The notes beneath the pieces are model-generated. The model was not told the DNA's origin. It saw nothing but the letters and a program-made list of their open reading frames with translations, and searched no databases. A program made the translations under genes and the position numbers. From the NCBI GenBank assembly GCA_963810205.1, contig CAWEMP010000013.1, positions 14,573 through 78,572 on the forward strand: DNA of 64,000 bases, given 5' to 3'. Within the stretch, counting starts at the first letter, position 1; each line of letters begins with the position of its first letter. The DNA is from an uncultured Acidobacteriota bacterium (GTDB lineage: Bacteria > Acidobacteriota > Thermoanaerobaculia > UBA5066 > Gp7-AA6). Positions 8,969 to 19,633 of the stretch are shown here, piece by piece.

Positions 8969-11315
8969 TCAGCTCGACGCGAACCGCCCGATCCGGCCGT
9001 CGAACCGGAACGGCCGCCGGTCGAAGTAGTCGAGCGAGACCGGCGAGCCGAGATCGACGCCGACGTCGAAGGTCTCGCTGGCGGTGAAGGCCGCCGGCAC
9101 CGTGCGCTGGACGGTCGTGCGGGCGACCTCGGCGCCGTCGACCGAGAGCACGACCTCCGCCGGCGCGCCGGGCTTCGCGATGGTCGTGTCCACCTCGATC
9201 CGGTGCTTGCCGGGCGCGAGCCTGCCCGTCGAGCGCGCGGTGTAGCGCTCGATGATCATCATGTTGTACTCGTAGACGAGCTGGCCCTTGTCCATGTAGA
9301 GAGCGAGGCCGCCGGATGCGCCGCCGAGCGCGTAGAGGACGCCCGATGCGTTCTCGGGAAGCTCGACCTCGACGATGACGCGGTTGCTCTCGCGGCCCAG
9401 GCCGGGCGCGGTGAACTCCGGCATGCGGGTCGTCGTCGCGTCGAACTGCCAGCTCGTGTAAGGCGTCTTGACGCGATCTTCCGGGTGGATGCGCAGCCAG
9501 ATCCCGGCGCCGATCGGGAAGGCCTTGTTCTATTCGGCTTCTTCAGGAACAACGCCTGGAGGTCGTTGAGCCGCTTCGGGTCTCTGGCGGCGAGGTCGTT
9601 CGCCTGGGAGAAGTCGGTCCGGGTGTCGTAGAGCTCCCAGACGTCCTTGTTCGAATCCCACGTCGCCAGCCCCGGGCTCACCGTGAGCCAGGGCGTCAGG
9701 GGCCCGAAAGTGCAGGCATACCAGCCGTCCTGGTAGATGCCGCGGCTGCCGTTGTTGTCGAAGTACTGCGTGCGCTTGCGCCCGGGACCTTCGCATCCGC
9801 GAACGTGTAGACCATGCTCACGCCGTCGATCGGGTCCTGCGCGAAGCCGTCGACGACCTTCGGCGGAGTGATGCCGAGGACGTCGTAGATTGTCGGCACG
9901 ATGTCGTTGACGTGGTGGAATTGCGCGCGCGGCGTCTTGTCGGGTCGGATACGCGCCGGCCACGAGACCGCCATCGGGTTGCGCGTGCCGCCGAAATGCG
10001 AGGCGATGAGCTTCGTGTACCGCAGGGGTGTGTCGCCCGCCCACGCCCAGCCGGCGTGGTACATGTTGTCGGTCTTGGGGCCGCCGATCGCATCGAGCCC
10101 GCCGAGCTTCTCGAGAGCGGCGAGCTGCTGCTCCATCGTGTTCGGGATCTGGTTCTGGGCCAGCAGCTCGCTGATGGTGCCGTTCTGGCCTTCGGCGCTC
10201 GAGCCGTTGTCGCCCCAGATGTAGAAGACGATCGTGTTCTCGCGCAGGCCGAGCTGGTCGAGTCCGTCGATGACCCTGCCGGCCTGGGCGTCGACGTGCT
10301 CGACGAAGCCCGCGTAGACCTCCATCAAGCGCCGCTGGAACGGCCGCTCCGACTCGGGGATGCTGGCCCAGGCGGCCATCGACTCGGGCCGCGGCGTCAG
10401 CTTCGTTCCGGCCGGGATCCAGCCGAGATCCTTCTGGCGCTTGAAGATCCTCTCGCGCAGGACGTCCCAGCCTTCGTCGAACCGGCCCTTGTACTTGTCG
10501 GCCCATTCCTTGAAGACGTGGTGCGGGCCGTGACCGGCGCCGGGGGCCCAGTACATGAAGAAGGGCTTGTCGGGCGCGTACGCCTGGTGGCGCTTCATCC
10601 ACTCGACGGCCCGATCCGCCAGGTCCTCGCTCAGGTGGTAGGTCTCGCTGTGCGGAGGCTCGATCGGGTTGAGGTTCTCGTAGAGCCGCGGCTCCCACTG
10701 CGAGGTCTCACCCGCGAGGAATCCATAGAAGTAGTCGAAGCCGATCCCCTCTCCGGTCGGCCAGAGGGTGAACGGCCCCATCGCCGTGGTCTCGGTCGCG
10801 GGAGTGTTGTGCCACTTGCCGAAGGCGGCGGTCTTGTAGCCATAGGCCCCCAGCACCTTCGCCAGGGTCGCCGAGGTCCGCGGAATGACACCCGTGTAGC
10901 CGTCCCAGTCCACGGCGCGCTCGGCGATCGTGCCCGAGCCCACGCGCTGGTGGTTGCGGCCGGTCAGGAGCGCCGCCCGCGTCGGCGAGCAGATGGCGGT
11001 GGTGTGGAACGAGTTGTAGCTGACGCCATTGTTGGCGATGCGCGTGAGCGTGGGCGTGTGAATCGGGCCGCCGTAAGTTTCGGGCAAACCGAAGCCGACA
11101 TCGTCGAGCAGGATGATGAGAACGTTCGGAGCGTCCTTCGGCAAATGGTCCGGCTGGGCGCGATTGGCGAGCTTCGACTCCTGCAGCGTCGGCCGGGCGA
11201 CGCTCGCCGACGGCACCGGCGGAAACGGAAGCACGGAGCCGTCGGACGGGGCCGCCTGTTGCGCCGAGGCCCGCGCGGCGCCGACGACGAGAAGGACGCC
11301 GAGAATCCCTGGCAA
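8969..11315 (-). pseudogene. Arylsulfatase paralog 2; at least 2 frameshifts between about 9430 and 9800
   Basis: N-terminal 539-aa ORF with CSPTRAALLTGR. The middle (9259..10698 frame) and the C-terminal 151 aa (8969..9424) match the 2751..4988 sulfatase in other frames. Confidence 0.7.
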
Positions 11316-11363
11316 TGTCTTGCGCCTGGGATTCGTCGTTGCTCGGGATCACCGGGTTCGAGC

Positions 11364-11711
11364 TCATGCGTCGGCCTCCTGGTCGTTCCAGAGTCGATGG
11401 ATCGCGACCATCGTTTCGGTGAGCGGCCCCGAGGTCGGTCCGATGATCGTCATCCGGTTCGGCCGAGCGAGGACCCTCAGGGCGCCCTGCAGGACGCCGA
11501 ACGCCTCCGAGCGCAGGTGGGCGTCCAGCGCCGCCGCCGTCTGCCACCCGGTGACCAGGCCGAACGTGGCCGGGACCTCGAGGTCTTCGTAGACGTCTCC
11601 GAACTGGAGGGCGGCGTCCTGTCGGGCCGCGGCCAGCCAGGCGAGAAGCGCCTGGGAGAACTCGCGGCGTTCGGCCGGGCGGGCGACGATGCGGGCAGTG
11701 AGCACGATCAT
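11364..11711 (-). CDS. ABM (antibiotic biosynthesis monooxygenase)-like small protein
   Basis: Start MIVLTARI with AAGGAA RBS. About 115 aa, composition consistent with a ferredoxin-like ABM fold. Confidence 0.45.
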   Translation of the reverse strand: MIVLTARIVARPAERREFSQALLAWLAAARQDAALQFGDVYEDLEVPATFGLVTGWQTAAALDAHLRSEAFGVLQGALRVLARPNRMTIIGPTSGPLTETMVAIHRLWNDQEADA

Positions 11712-11918
11712 TCCTTGTTCAACTCGATCACTTCGACTCTTCCGGAGAGCAAGAGCCGGGCCCGGTTCGGTCACGGGCCCTCGAGGCCCTGGGGCCGTTT
11801 GGAATCAGAGTGTTGCGAGTTCGACGGAGCCGCGAAGCACGGCTGCGGACCGCGACATCTCGCCAAACCGCGACATTTCGCGGGCGCGGAAAGCTCGGAG
11901 AACTATGATCCGGGCATC

Positions 11919-14528
11919 ATGGGGATGGCGCGGCCGGCTTCGCGGAAGGGGGCCGCTCTCCGTCTGATCGTTCCGGTCCTCGCGATGTCCGCGCTCGCGG
12001 CCGCGCCAGACGACCCGGAAGTCCGTCCGCGCTCCGTTCTCCTTCTCTTCTCGTTGCGGAGCACGGCGGCCTCAGTCGCACCCCTGGAGTCCGCTTTTCG
12101 AACGACGCTCGAGAAGACTCTGGACGCGCCCGTCGACTTTCACGTCGAGTATCTCGATCTTCCGGACTCCGCGAACGTTCCCTACGGCCGGCGGCTCACC
12201 GAGCTCCTGCGAGAAAAGTACGCCGGCCGGCGGATCGACGTGGTGGTGACCGCGCGCATGGAAGCCCTGAACTACCTGCTCCAGAATCGCAAGGCCCTCT
12301 TTCCGGGAGTCCCGCTGGTCTTCACGGACATCGCGCGGCAAGACGTCGCCGACAAGCCGCTGCCTCCGGACGCGACGGGCGCTTTCCTGGTCATGGAAGG
12401 TCAGAAGACGGTCGATGTCGCCCTCGACCTCCATCCGGATGCGGCGCGCATGGTCATCGTGGGCGGCGCCTCGCCGTCGGACCGCAGTACGGAGCCTTTC
12501 GCGCGGCGCCTCATCGAAAAGCGCGCTCCCGACCTGGAGGTCGTTTCGCTCATCGGCCGGCCGCTCGCGGAGCAGCTCGACCGGCTCGCGAACCTGCCCG
12601 AAAAGAGCGTGGTCCTCTTCACGAGTTATCGAGCCGACGCGCAGGGCCGGTCGACGATCGCTCGCGACGTGCTCCGCCGGCTGGCCGCGGTCTCGAATTC
12701 GCCGATCTACGGGGCCTCCGAAACGTTTCTCGGCTACGGAATCGTCGGGGGCGACCTGATTCGGTTCGGGCCGCTCGGGGAGCGGGCCGGTGAGCTCGCA
12801 GCCCGGATCCTGAAGGGCGAATCGGCCTCGGCCATTCCACCGATCGAGCAGTCCTCGAGCCGCCTGATGTTCGACTGGAGGCAGCTCCAGCGCTGGAAGA
12901 TCGACGAGGCCAAGTTGCCGGCAAGAAGCGTCGTGCTCTACCGCGAGAAGACTCTGTGGTCCGAGTACAAGGGACGCATCCTGGGGCTGTTCGCGCTGCT
13001 CGTTGCGCAGACGTTCGTGATCCTCGCTTTGCTTCGGGCGCAGCGCAACCGCCGCCGGGCGGAGGCGGACCTGCGCGCGGCCGAGGCGCGCTACCGCACC
13101 GTCGCGGACTTCACGCACGACTGGGAATACTGGAAGCGGCCGGACGGCTCCTTTGCCTACGTGTCGCCCTCGTGTCTTCGGACGACCGGCTACGAGGCCG
13201 AAGAGCTCTACCGCCGGCCGTCGCTGCCCTCCGAGCTGGTCCTGGAGGAAGACCGCGAGGCCTGGGAGGCGCATCGTTTGGAGGCCCAGGCGGGAAGAGC
13301 TCCGCAGGGTCTCGAGTTCCGCATCCGGGACAAGGACGGACAGGTCCGCTGGATCGAGCACGTCTGCTCGAAGGTCACAGGCGAGGGAGGTGAGTTTCTC
13401 GGTGTCCGGGGGTCGAACCGGGACATATCCCGCCGCAAGCAGTCGGAGGAGGAGCTCCGGCATGCTCTTTCGGAGATCGAGCGGCTCAAGGACCGCCTCG
13501 AAACGGACAATACGTACCTTCGGGAGCAGCTGCAGCCGGAAAAGGGCTTCGAGGGAATCGTTGGAACGAGCGACGCCATGCGCTACGTGATCTCGAAGGC
13601 CCAGCTGGTCGCTCCGACTTCGAGCACGGTACTGCTTCTCGGCGAGACGGGCGTGGGCAAGGACATGGTCGCCCGCGCCATCCATGCGCTGAGTCCTCGG
13701 AGCGCGCGCCCTCTCGTCAAGCTCAACTGCGCCGCGCTGCCAGCCTCGCTCGTCGAGAGCGAGCTCTTCGGACACGAGAGGGGAGCCTTCACCGGGGCCG
13801 TGTTCCTGCGCAAGGGGCGTTTCGAGATCGCCGACGGCAGTACGCTCTTCCTCGACGAGGTGGGCGAGCTGCCGATGGACCTGCAGGCGAAGCTCCTGCG
13901 CGTGGTCCAGGACGGGGAGTTCGAGCGCGTGGGCGGCACCGCCACCCTGAAGGCGGACGTCCGGCTGATCGCGGCGACGAATCGTCACCTCGACGAGGAG
14001 GTCCGCGCTGGCCGCTTCCGCGCGGACCTCTGGTACCGGCTGAACGTGTTTCCGATCACGGTTCCGCCCCTGCGGCAGCGTCGCGAGGACATTCCGCTCC
14101 TGGTCCGTTTCTTCGTCGAGAAGCACTGTCGCCGGATGGGGAAGCAGCCCCTCGAGGTGTCGCGCGGCGTCATGAAGGAACTCGAGGCCCAGGACTGGGC
14201 GGGCAACGTTCGCGAGCTCGAAAGCGTCGTGGAGCGGGCGGTGATCTCGAGCGCCGGGCCGTCGCTCCGCCTCGGTTCCGAGTTCTCACCGGCGCGCCCG
14301 GCCGCGGCGCCGGACGCGGCGGATTCGAACGGCTCGAAGACCCTGACGCAGCTCGAGCGCGACCACATCGTGGCGACCCTGGAGCAGACCTACTGGCGCC
14401 TCGAGGGCGAAGGCGGAGCGGCCGAGCGGCTCGGCATGAACGCGAGCACGCTCCGCAGCCGCATGCGCAAGTACGGGATCCGGCGGCCGGGCAGCCGCCC
14501 GATCGAGATCACGATCCCCAAGCCCTAG
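11919..14528 (+). CDS. Sigma-54-dependent transcriptional activator with periplasmic ABC-substrate-binding-like sensor domain, TM, PAS, AAA+ (GETGVGKD...GAFTGA) and Fis-type HTH
   Basis: C-terminal 869 aa of the 9912..14528 ORF. Start MGMARP with signal/TM; ESELFGHERGAFTGA and the HTH are conserved. Intact. Confidence 0.85.
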   Translation: MGMARPASRKGAALRLIVPVLAMSALAAAPDDPEVRPRSVLLLFSLRSTAASVAPLESAFRTTLEKTLDAPVDFHVEYLDLPDSANVPYGRRLTELLREKYAGRRIDVVVTARMEALNYLLQNRKALFPGVPLVFTDIARQDVADKPLPPDATGAFLVMEGQKTVDVALDLHPDAARMVIVGGASPSDRSTEPFARRLIEKRAPDLEVVSLIGRPLAEQLDRLANLPEKSVVLFTSYRADAQGRSTIARDVLRRLAAVSNSPIYGASETFLGYGIVGGDLIRFGPLGERAGELAARILKGESASAIPPIEQSSSRLMFDWRQLQRWKIDEAKLPARSVVLYREKTLWSEYKGRILGLFALLVAQTFVILALLRAQRNRRRAEADLRAAEARYRTVADFTHDWEYWKRPDGSFAYVSPSCLRTTGYEAEELYRRPSLPSELVLEEDREAWEAHRLEAQAGRAPQGLEFRIRDKDGQVRWIEHVCSKVTGEGGEFLGVRGSNRDISRRKQSEEELRHALSEIERLKDRLETDNTYLREQLQPEKGFEGIVGTSDAMRYVISKAQLVAPTSSTVLLLGETGVGKDMVARAIHALSPRSARPLVKLNCAALPASLVESELFGHERGAFTGAVFLRKGRFEIADGSTLFLDEVGELPMDLQAKLLRVVQDGEFERVGGTATLKADVRLIAATNRHLDEEVRAGRFRADLWYRLNVFPITVPPLRQRREDIPLLVRFFVEKHCRRMGKQPLEVSRGVMKELEAQDWAGNVRELESVVERAVISSAGPSLRLGSEFSPARPAAAPDAADSNGSKTLTQLERDHIVATLEQTYWRLEGEGGAAERLGMNASTLRSRMRKYGIRRPGSRPIEITIPKP

Positions 14529-14624
14529 GACGCGATCGTCGACCGCCACGATCGGGTTTCGCGGCCGGAGGCACGGCGCCCCTTTCGGGGCGCCGTTTTC
14601 TCGAGGGACCGGTGGAGTTGAGGC

Positions 14625-15545
14625 CTAGGTCGCTTCGGACAGGATCAGGATCTCCACCCGCCGGTTTTCGGCGCGACCCTTCTCGGTCGCGTTGTCTCCG
14701 ATCGGGTCGGCCTTTCCGCGTCCCTCGGTCTGGATCCGGGAGGCGTTGGCGCCGTGCTTCACGAGATAGTCCTTGACCGATTCGGCCCGCTTTTCGGAGA
14801 GCTTCAGGTTGTACGCGTCGCTGCCGACGCTGTCGGTGTATCCGACGAGGGAGACCTGAGAGCCGGAGTACTTGTCGATGAAGGCGATGGCCTTCTTCAG
14901 GTCGGCGTCGTCGGCCTTTCGGATGGTGGCCTTGTTGAAGTCGAAGTTGACATGCAGGGTCAGCCGGTCGACGACCTTGTTCACGGTCACCGTCGTGGAA
15001 GCCGAGCGGGATCCGCCGGGGCCGGTCGCGGTGACGCCGTACTGCGTGGTGCGATCGGGGCAGACGCGCTTGGAACCGTTGAGGTCGACACTCCCGACAC
15101 CCTGGTCGATCGCGACGCTCGTGGCGTCCGAGGTGGTCCAGGTCAGCGTCGCGCACTGGCCCTGCTGAACCGTGGACGGGCTCGCCGAGGCCGATACGCT
15201 GGCGGCTCTGGCCGGCGGGGGCGGGGGCGCGGGCGCCGGCCTCTCGGCCACGACCACGGGTTTGGCCGGGCAGAGTCCCTTGCTCTTTGCGAGCGATTGA
15301 TTGGCCAGCTCGATCGCCTTCTTCGTGTCGCACGGCTGGCACACCGCATAGGCCTCGTTCTTCAGGTTCTCGGCGGCAAAGAACTCATCGGGGCACTCCT
15401 TGTCCTTTCCATCCCGACGCGCGTTCTCGATCGCCTCGTTCGCCATGACCAGTTCCTTCGGAGGGGCGCAACCCACCAGCCCGCTCACCAACGCGAGGCA
15501 GGCAGCCAACAGAAACAGAGATTTCCGGACCTCGAGCTTCGGCAT
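14625..15545 (-). CDS. OmpA-family lipoprotein, paralog 2
   Basis: AAGGAG RBS then ATG (MPKLEV...). Lipobox LVGC. Same four-part architecture as paralogs 1 and 3. C-terminus ...NRRVEILILSEAT. Confidence 0.8.
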   Translation of the reverse strand: MPKLEVRKSLFLLAACLALVSGLVGCAPPKELVMANEAIENARRDGKDKECPDEFFAAENLKNEAYAVCQPCDTKKAIELANQSLAKSKGLCPAKPVVVAERPAPAPPPPPARAASVSASASPSTVQQGQCATLTWTTSDATSVAIDQGVGSVDLNGSKRVCPDRTTQYGVTATGPGGSRSASTTVTVNKVVDRLTLHVNFDFNKATIRKADDADLKKAIAFIDKYSGSQVSLVGYTDSVGSDAYNLKLSEKRAESVKDYLVKHGANASRIQTEGRGKADPIGDNATEKGRAENRRVEILILSEAT

Positions 15546-15764
15546 CTTCACGCTCCTTCTTGGGCGCATTCTTTCCCTGACGGAGTTTAGACAATATGAA
15601 GTTTCCGAGGAGTCTTTTCGGTGCGGCCGCGTAGTCGATTTGCGTCGATCAGGCTCGTTTCCGTCACTGCGGATGCGAGGTCCCGGCCCGGCCAGGGGAG
15701 GGAGTCCGCCGGACCGGCGGCCGGCACCTCCCGACCCGGCTGAGCGATGCTCCTCCTGCGGGTC

Positions 15765-17462
15765 TCACACGCGGCTCGGCGTCGTGAACCGCTCGAGCGC
15801 ATAGCGCGCCATCGCGTCGGCGAGCTCGCTTTCGCCCATGACGGCCTTGCCGACGTTCTTGCCCTCGAGGTACTCGCGTTCGCCGTCGCTGTGCGTGCGG
15901 ACGACGATGTCGATCCCGGGGTTGATCCGCCGGGCGAGGTCGATGACGGCGCGGGCCTGGAAGGGATCCGGCGCCGTGACGACGAGCAGACGTGCGTCGC
16001 GCAGGCCGGCGTGCTCGAGGACCCCGGGCCGGGCGGCGTCGCCGTAGACGACGGGAATGGCCCGGCGGCGCAGGGAGGCCGCGGCGTCGTGATCGTGCTC
16101 GATGACGATGTACGGAATCCCGCGGGCCCCGAGCGCCACGCCGACCCGTCCGCCGACCCGCCCGAATCCGACGAGGACGGCGTGGTCGCGGAGGCGGCCC
16201 GTGTCGAGACCCGCCGGCGATTCCGGGAGGTCCGGGGCGGACCCGGCGAGCCTGGCGATGCGCGGGTGGGAACGAAGCCAGCGGTCGAGCGGCTCGATCG
16301 TCCGGAACACCAGCGGATTGAGCGTGATCGACAGCAGGGCCCCGGCAACGATGAGGCTCTGGGCGGCGGGCGGGAGCAGGCCGAGGGACATCCCGAGCGC
16401 CGCGAGGATGAAGGAAAACTCGCCGATTTGCGCAAGGCTCGCCGAGATCGTCAGCGCGGTGCGGAGCGGCTGGCGGAAGGCGATGACGATCACGGCGGCT
16501 GCGATCGACTTCCCGACCATGACGATCAGGACGACGGCGACGACCTGGAGCGGCGCGCGAATGAGGATCGTCGGATCGAAGAGCATTCCGACGGCCACGA
16601 AGAAGAGGACTGCGAAGGCATCCTGGAGGGGCAGGGCGTCCGACGCCGCCTTGGTCGCGAGGTCGGACTCGCTGATGACCATGCCGGCGAAGAACGCGCC
16701 GAGGGCGAAGGAAACGCCGAACAGCGAGGCCGCACCGACGGCGATTCCGAGAGCGATGGCGAGCACGGCAAGCGTGAAGAGCTCGCGGGAGCCCGTGCGG
16801 GCGACCCGCTCGAGGAGCCACGGCACGACTCGCCGGCCGACGACCAGCATGAAGACGATGAAGGCCGCGACCTTCGCGAGGGTCCACCCGATCGCGACGG
16901 CGAGGCTCGGTCCGCCGTCCGGGGCGGCGGCCCCGCCGAGCGGCACGGCGAGCGCCGGCAGGAGGACGAGGACGAGGACCGTGACGAGGTCCTCGACGAT
17001 GAGCCATCCCACGGCGATGCGGCCGTCACCGGTCTCGAGCGCGCCGCGATCCTCGAGCGCGCGCAGGAGCACCACGGTGCTCGCGACCGAGAGGGAGACG
17101 CCGAAGACGATGCCGGAGCCCCAGGTCCAGCCCCAGACGCGCGCGACGAGGGCGCCGAGCGCCGTGGCGGCGAGGATCTGGACGATCGCGCCCGGCACCG
17201 CGATGCGTCGAACCGCCAGAAGATCCCCGGGCGAGAAGTGCAGTCCCACGCCGAACATGAGGAGGATGACGCCGATCTCGGCGAGCTGCGAGGCGAGGCC
17301 CGCGTCCGCGACGAAGCCCGGCGTGAACGGGCCGACCGCGACGCCGGCGAGCAGGTAGCCGACGAGGGGCGGCAGCCGCAGGCGGACGGCGAGCAATCCG
17401 AGCGCGAACGCCAGGGCGAAGCCGCCGGCGATCGTCGCGATCAGTGCGGTTTCATGTGGCAT
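15765..17462 (-). CDS. kefB: CPA2 monovalent cation:proton antiporter with C-terminal RCK/TrkA-N domain (KefB/YbaL-like)
   Basis: 12-TM Na_H_Exchanger core plus the VLVGFGRVGG NAD-binding motif. Start MPHETAL. Confidence 0.85.
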   Translation of the reverse strand: MPHETALIATIAGGFALAFALGLLAVRLRLPPLVGYLLAGVAVGPFTPGFVADAGLASQLAEIGVILLMFGVGLHFSPGDLLAVRRIAVPGAIVQILAATALGALVARVWGWTWGSGIVFGVSLSVASTVVLLRALEDRGALETGDGRIAVGWLIVEDLVTVLVLVLLPALAVPLGGAAAPDGGPSLAVAIGWTLAKVAAFIVFMLVVGRRVVPWLLERVARTGSRELFTLAVLAIALGIAVGAASLFGVSFALGAFFAGMVISESDLATKAASDALPLQDAFAVLFFVAVGMLFDPTILIRAPLQVVAVVLIVMVGKSIAAAVIVIAFRQPLRTALTISASLAQIGEFSFILAALGMSLGLLPPAAQSLIVAGALLSITLNPLVFRTIEPLDRWLRSHPRIARLAGSAPDLPESPAGLDTGRLRDHAVLVGFGRVGGRVGVALGARGIPYIVIEHDHDAAASLRRRAIPVVYGDAARPGVLEHAGLRDARLLVVTAPDPFQARAVIDLARRINPGIDIVVRTHSDGEREYLEGKNVGKAVMGESELADAMARYALERFTTPSRV

Positions 17463-17585
17463 CGAGAGCGCCGCCTCGCATTCCGTTTCTCGGCAGGTCC
17501 TGAGGCCGGCGGCGCGCCCGAGCGGGCTCGAGCCGGCCACCGTGGCCGCTGGCTCGCCCGCCCGGGCCTCTCTCCGCCTAGGCGA

Positions 17586-18536
17586 TCATTTGGACAGGAT
17601 GAGTATTTCGACTCGCCTGTTCTGGAACCGGCCCTCGGGCGTCGAGTTGGAGGCGACGGGATCCGATTCCCCGTGGCCGCTGGTCTTCATTCTGGAATCC
17701 GCGGCGCCATGCGACTCGAGGTACGCCTTCACCGCCGCGGCGCGCTTCTCCGAGAGCTTCTGGTTGTAGGCCTCGCTGCCGATGCTGTCGGTGTAGCCCT
17801 CGATCGAAACCTCGTAACCCGGGTACTTCCGGACGAAATCGATCGCCTTCTGCAGCTCGGCCTCGTCCGCCCTTCGGACCGCGGACTTGTTGAAGTCGAA
17901 GTTGACGTGAATGGTGAGCTTGTCCACGGCCCGGGGTCTCACGACCACCGTCGTCGACGCCGTGCGCGACTCGCCTGCGCCGGCGGCGGTCGCCGTGTAT
18001 TGCGTCGTGCTCCCGGGGCAGACCTGGCGGGAGCCGTTGGGCTCCACCCTTCCGACACCGGGCTCGATCGACACGCTCGAAGCCTGGCTCGACGACCACG
18101 TCAGAGACGCGCACTGGCCCTGGATGACGGAGTCCGGGCTCGCGGTGAGAGACACGGTCGGCGCGGGAGCGGGGGCAGGTGCCGGAGCGGGCGCCGGCCG
18201 GGGCTCGGCGACGACTCTCGGCGGGCACGGCGCCGCCGCCTTGCTTGCCGCCTCGAGGGCGAGGGCGATGCTCTCGTCACCATGGCAGCGCCGGTACTTG
18301 GCCCAGGCTTCGTCCTTGAGCGCTTCGGCGGCCTTGAACTGTTCCGGGCACTCCCGGTCCTTGCCGGCCTGCCGCGCGGCCTCGACGGCCCGATCGGCGT
18401 CGGGCAGCTCCTTCGGGAACCACGCCCCGCCGTGGTTGCTATCCCACTCCCACGACGAACACCCGACCAGCAAGCTCAGGGGTAAGAAACAAACGGCCGC
18501 AAGCAGCGGCACCTTCCGGGCCTTGAAGGGAAGCAT
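17586..18536 (-). CDS. OmpA-family lipoprotein, paralog 3
   Basis: AAGGAGG RBS. MLPFKARK... LVGCSS lipobox. A PAPAPAPAPAP linker. C-terminus ...NRRVEILILSK. Confidence 0.8.
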   Translation of the reverse strand: MLPFKARKVPLLAAVCFLPLSLLVGCSSWEWDSNHGGAWFPKELPDADRAVEAARQAGKDRECPEQFKAAEALKDEAWAKYRRCHGDESIALALEAASKAAAPCPPRVVAEPRPAPAPAPAPAPAPTVSLTASPDSVIQGQCASLTWSSSQASSVSIEPGVGRVEPNGSRQVCPGSTTQYTATAAGAGESRTASTTVVVRPRAVDKLTIHVNFDFNKSAVRRADEAELQKAIDFVRKYPGYEVSIEGYTDSIGSEAYNQKLSEKRAAAVKAYLESHGAADSRMKTSGHGESDPVASNSTPEGRFQNRRVEILILSK

Positions 18537-18656
18537 CGCGGCCTCCTTGTTGCCGGGTACTTCATCACAGGTGGTCGGGGTCATCAACCGAGGAACTCAC
18601 TGCCCCGGGGTTCCCAGGGGCCGGCACCGGCCCGGGGGCCTCGCGAGGGAGGGCGC

Positions 18657-19604
18657 CTAGCGCCCCGGGCGCAGGCTCAGGGCCTCGATGCCGACCGAGT
18701 AGATGTCGCCGAGGCCGTTGCCGGGCGAGCGGATCGCCTCGAGGAACTTCGCGTAGGACATGGGGGCGATCGGCGGCCGGTCGAAAACGCCCTGGACGCT
18801 GGTGAAGTAGAAGGCCTTCCCATCCGGGGAGATGAGCGGCGTGTAGGGCGAGTACTCGGCGTTCAGTTTCGCTCCCAGCGACTCCGGGCTCGACCATGAA
18901 CCGTTCTCGAAGTACGAGACGTAGAGCGCGGACTCGGCGCCCGGACGCTTCGACAGGAAGATCATGAAGCGGCCGTCGGGGGAGACGTACTGGTTGGAGT
19001 CCTCCTCGCCGGCGTCGATCGGCGCGGGCAGCGGCTCGGGCGCCTGGTACTTCCCGTCGACGAGCTTCGATCGGTAGAGCCGCCGGCCGGTGCGCGGGCC
19101 GCCTTCGCGGCCGCTCGCCCCGATGTAGAGCGTGCCGTCGGCCGTCACGGACGTCGTCGTCTCGGAGCCGGCGCTGTTGACGGGCGCCCCGAGGTTCCGC
19201 GGCTCGCTCCACCCCGTGCCCGTGCGATCCATCACCCACAGGTCGAAGTCTTTCTTCGGCTCCGTCCCCTCGGTCGGGCGCGTCGAAGCGAAGAAGAGTT
19301 TCTTCCCGTCCGGCGACAGGGTCGGATCGATGTCCGAGTAGCGCCCCGAGAAAGGGGCGATCTCGGGCGTGGTCCAGGCGCCGTTCTCGAGTTTCGAGAC
19401 GACGATCCACATGACGCGCTTGTTGCCGGGGCTGCCCTTGCTGAAGTAGAGCGTCTTCCCGTCGGGCGACAGGGCCGGGCCGAACTCGATGTCGCCGGTC
19501 GAGATCACGCCGGGCGCGAGGAGCCGCGGCGCCGGGGTCGTCTGGGCGAGGGCGGGCCGCGCCAGAATCGCGGCGACGAGTGCGATCCCGATTCGAGCGT
19601 GCAT
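18657..19604 (-). CDS. Secreted TolB-like beta-propeller (PD40/WD40-like repeats) protein
   Basis: Signal peptide, then repeated SPDGK..LYF/ SPDGR.. motifs typical of PD40 blades. Confidence 0.75.
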   Translation of the reverse strand: MHARIGIALVAAILARPALAQTTPAPRLLAPGVISTGDIEFGPALSPDGKTLYFSKGSPGNKRVMWIVVSKLENGAWTTPEIAPFSGRYSDIDPTLSPDGKKLFFASTRPTEGTEPKKDFDLWVMDRTGTGWSEPRNLGAPVNSAGSETTTSVTADGTLYIGASGREGGPRTGRRLYRSKLVDGKYQAPEPLPAPIDAGEEDSNQYVSPDGRFMIFLSKRPGAESALYVSYFENGSWSSPESLGAKLNAEYSPYTPLISPDGKAFYFTSVQGVFDRPPIAPMSYAKFLEAIRSPGNGLGDIYSVGIEALSLRPGR

Positions 19605-19633
19605 GGCCGCTCGAAACTATAGCCGAGGCGCCC

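Noticed and set aside
9912-11918. N-terminal two-thirds of the 1538-aa ORF 9912..14528(+)
   Set aside because: It lies antisense to the sulfatase-2 gene and is compositionally Arg/Ala/Gly-rich, a high-GC shadow frame. Only the part from 11919 (sigma-54 activator) is credible.
12072-14126. 684-aa minus-strand ORF
   Set aside because: Antisense to the well-supported sigma-54 activator. No motifs.
15747-18485. 912-aa plus-strand ORF rich in D/E/R
   Set aside because: Antisense to kefB and OmpA-3. Low complexity.
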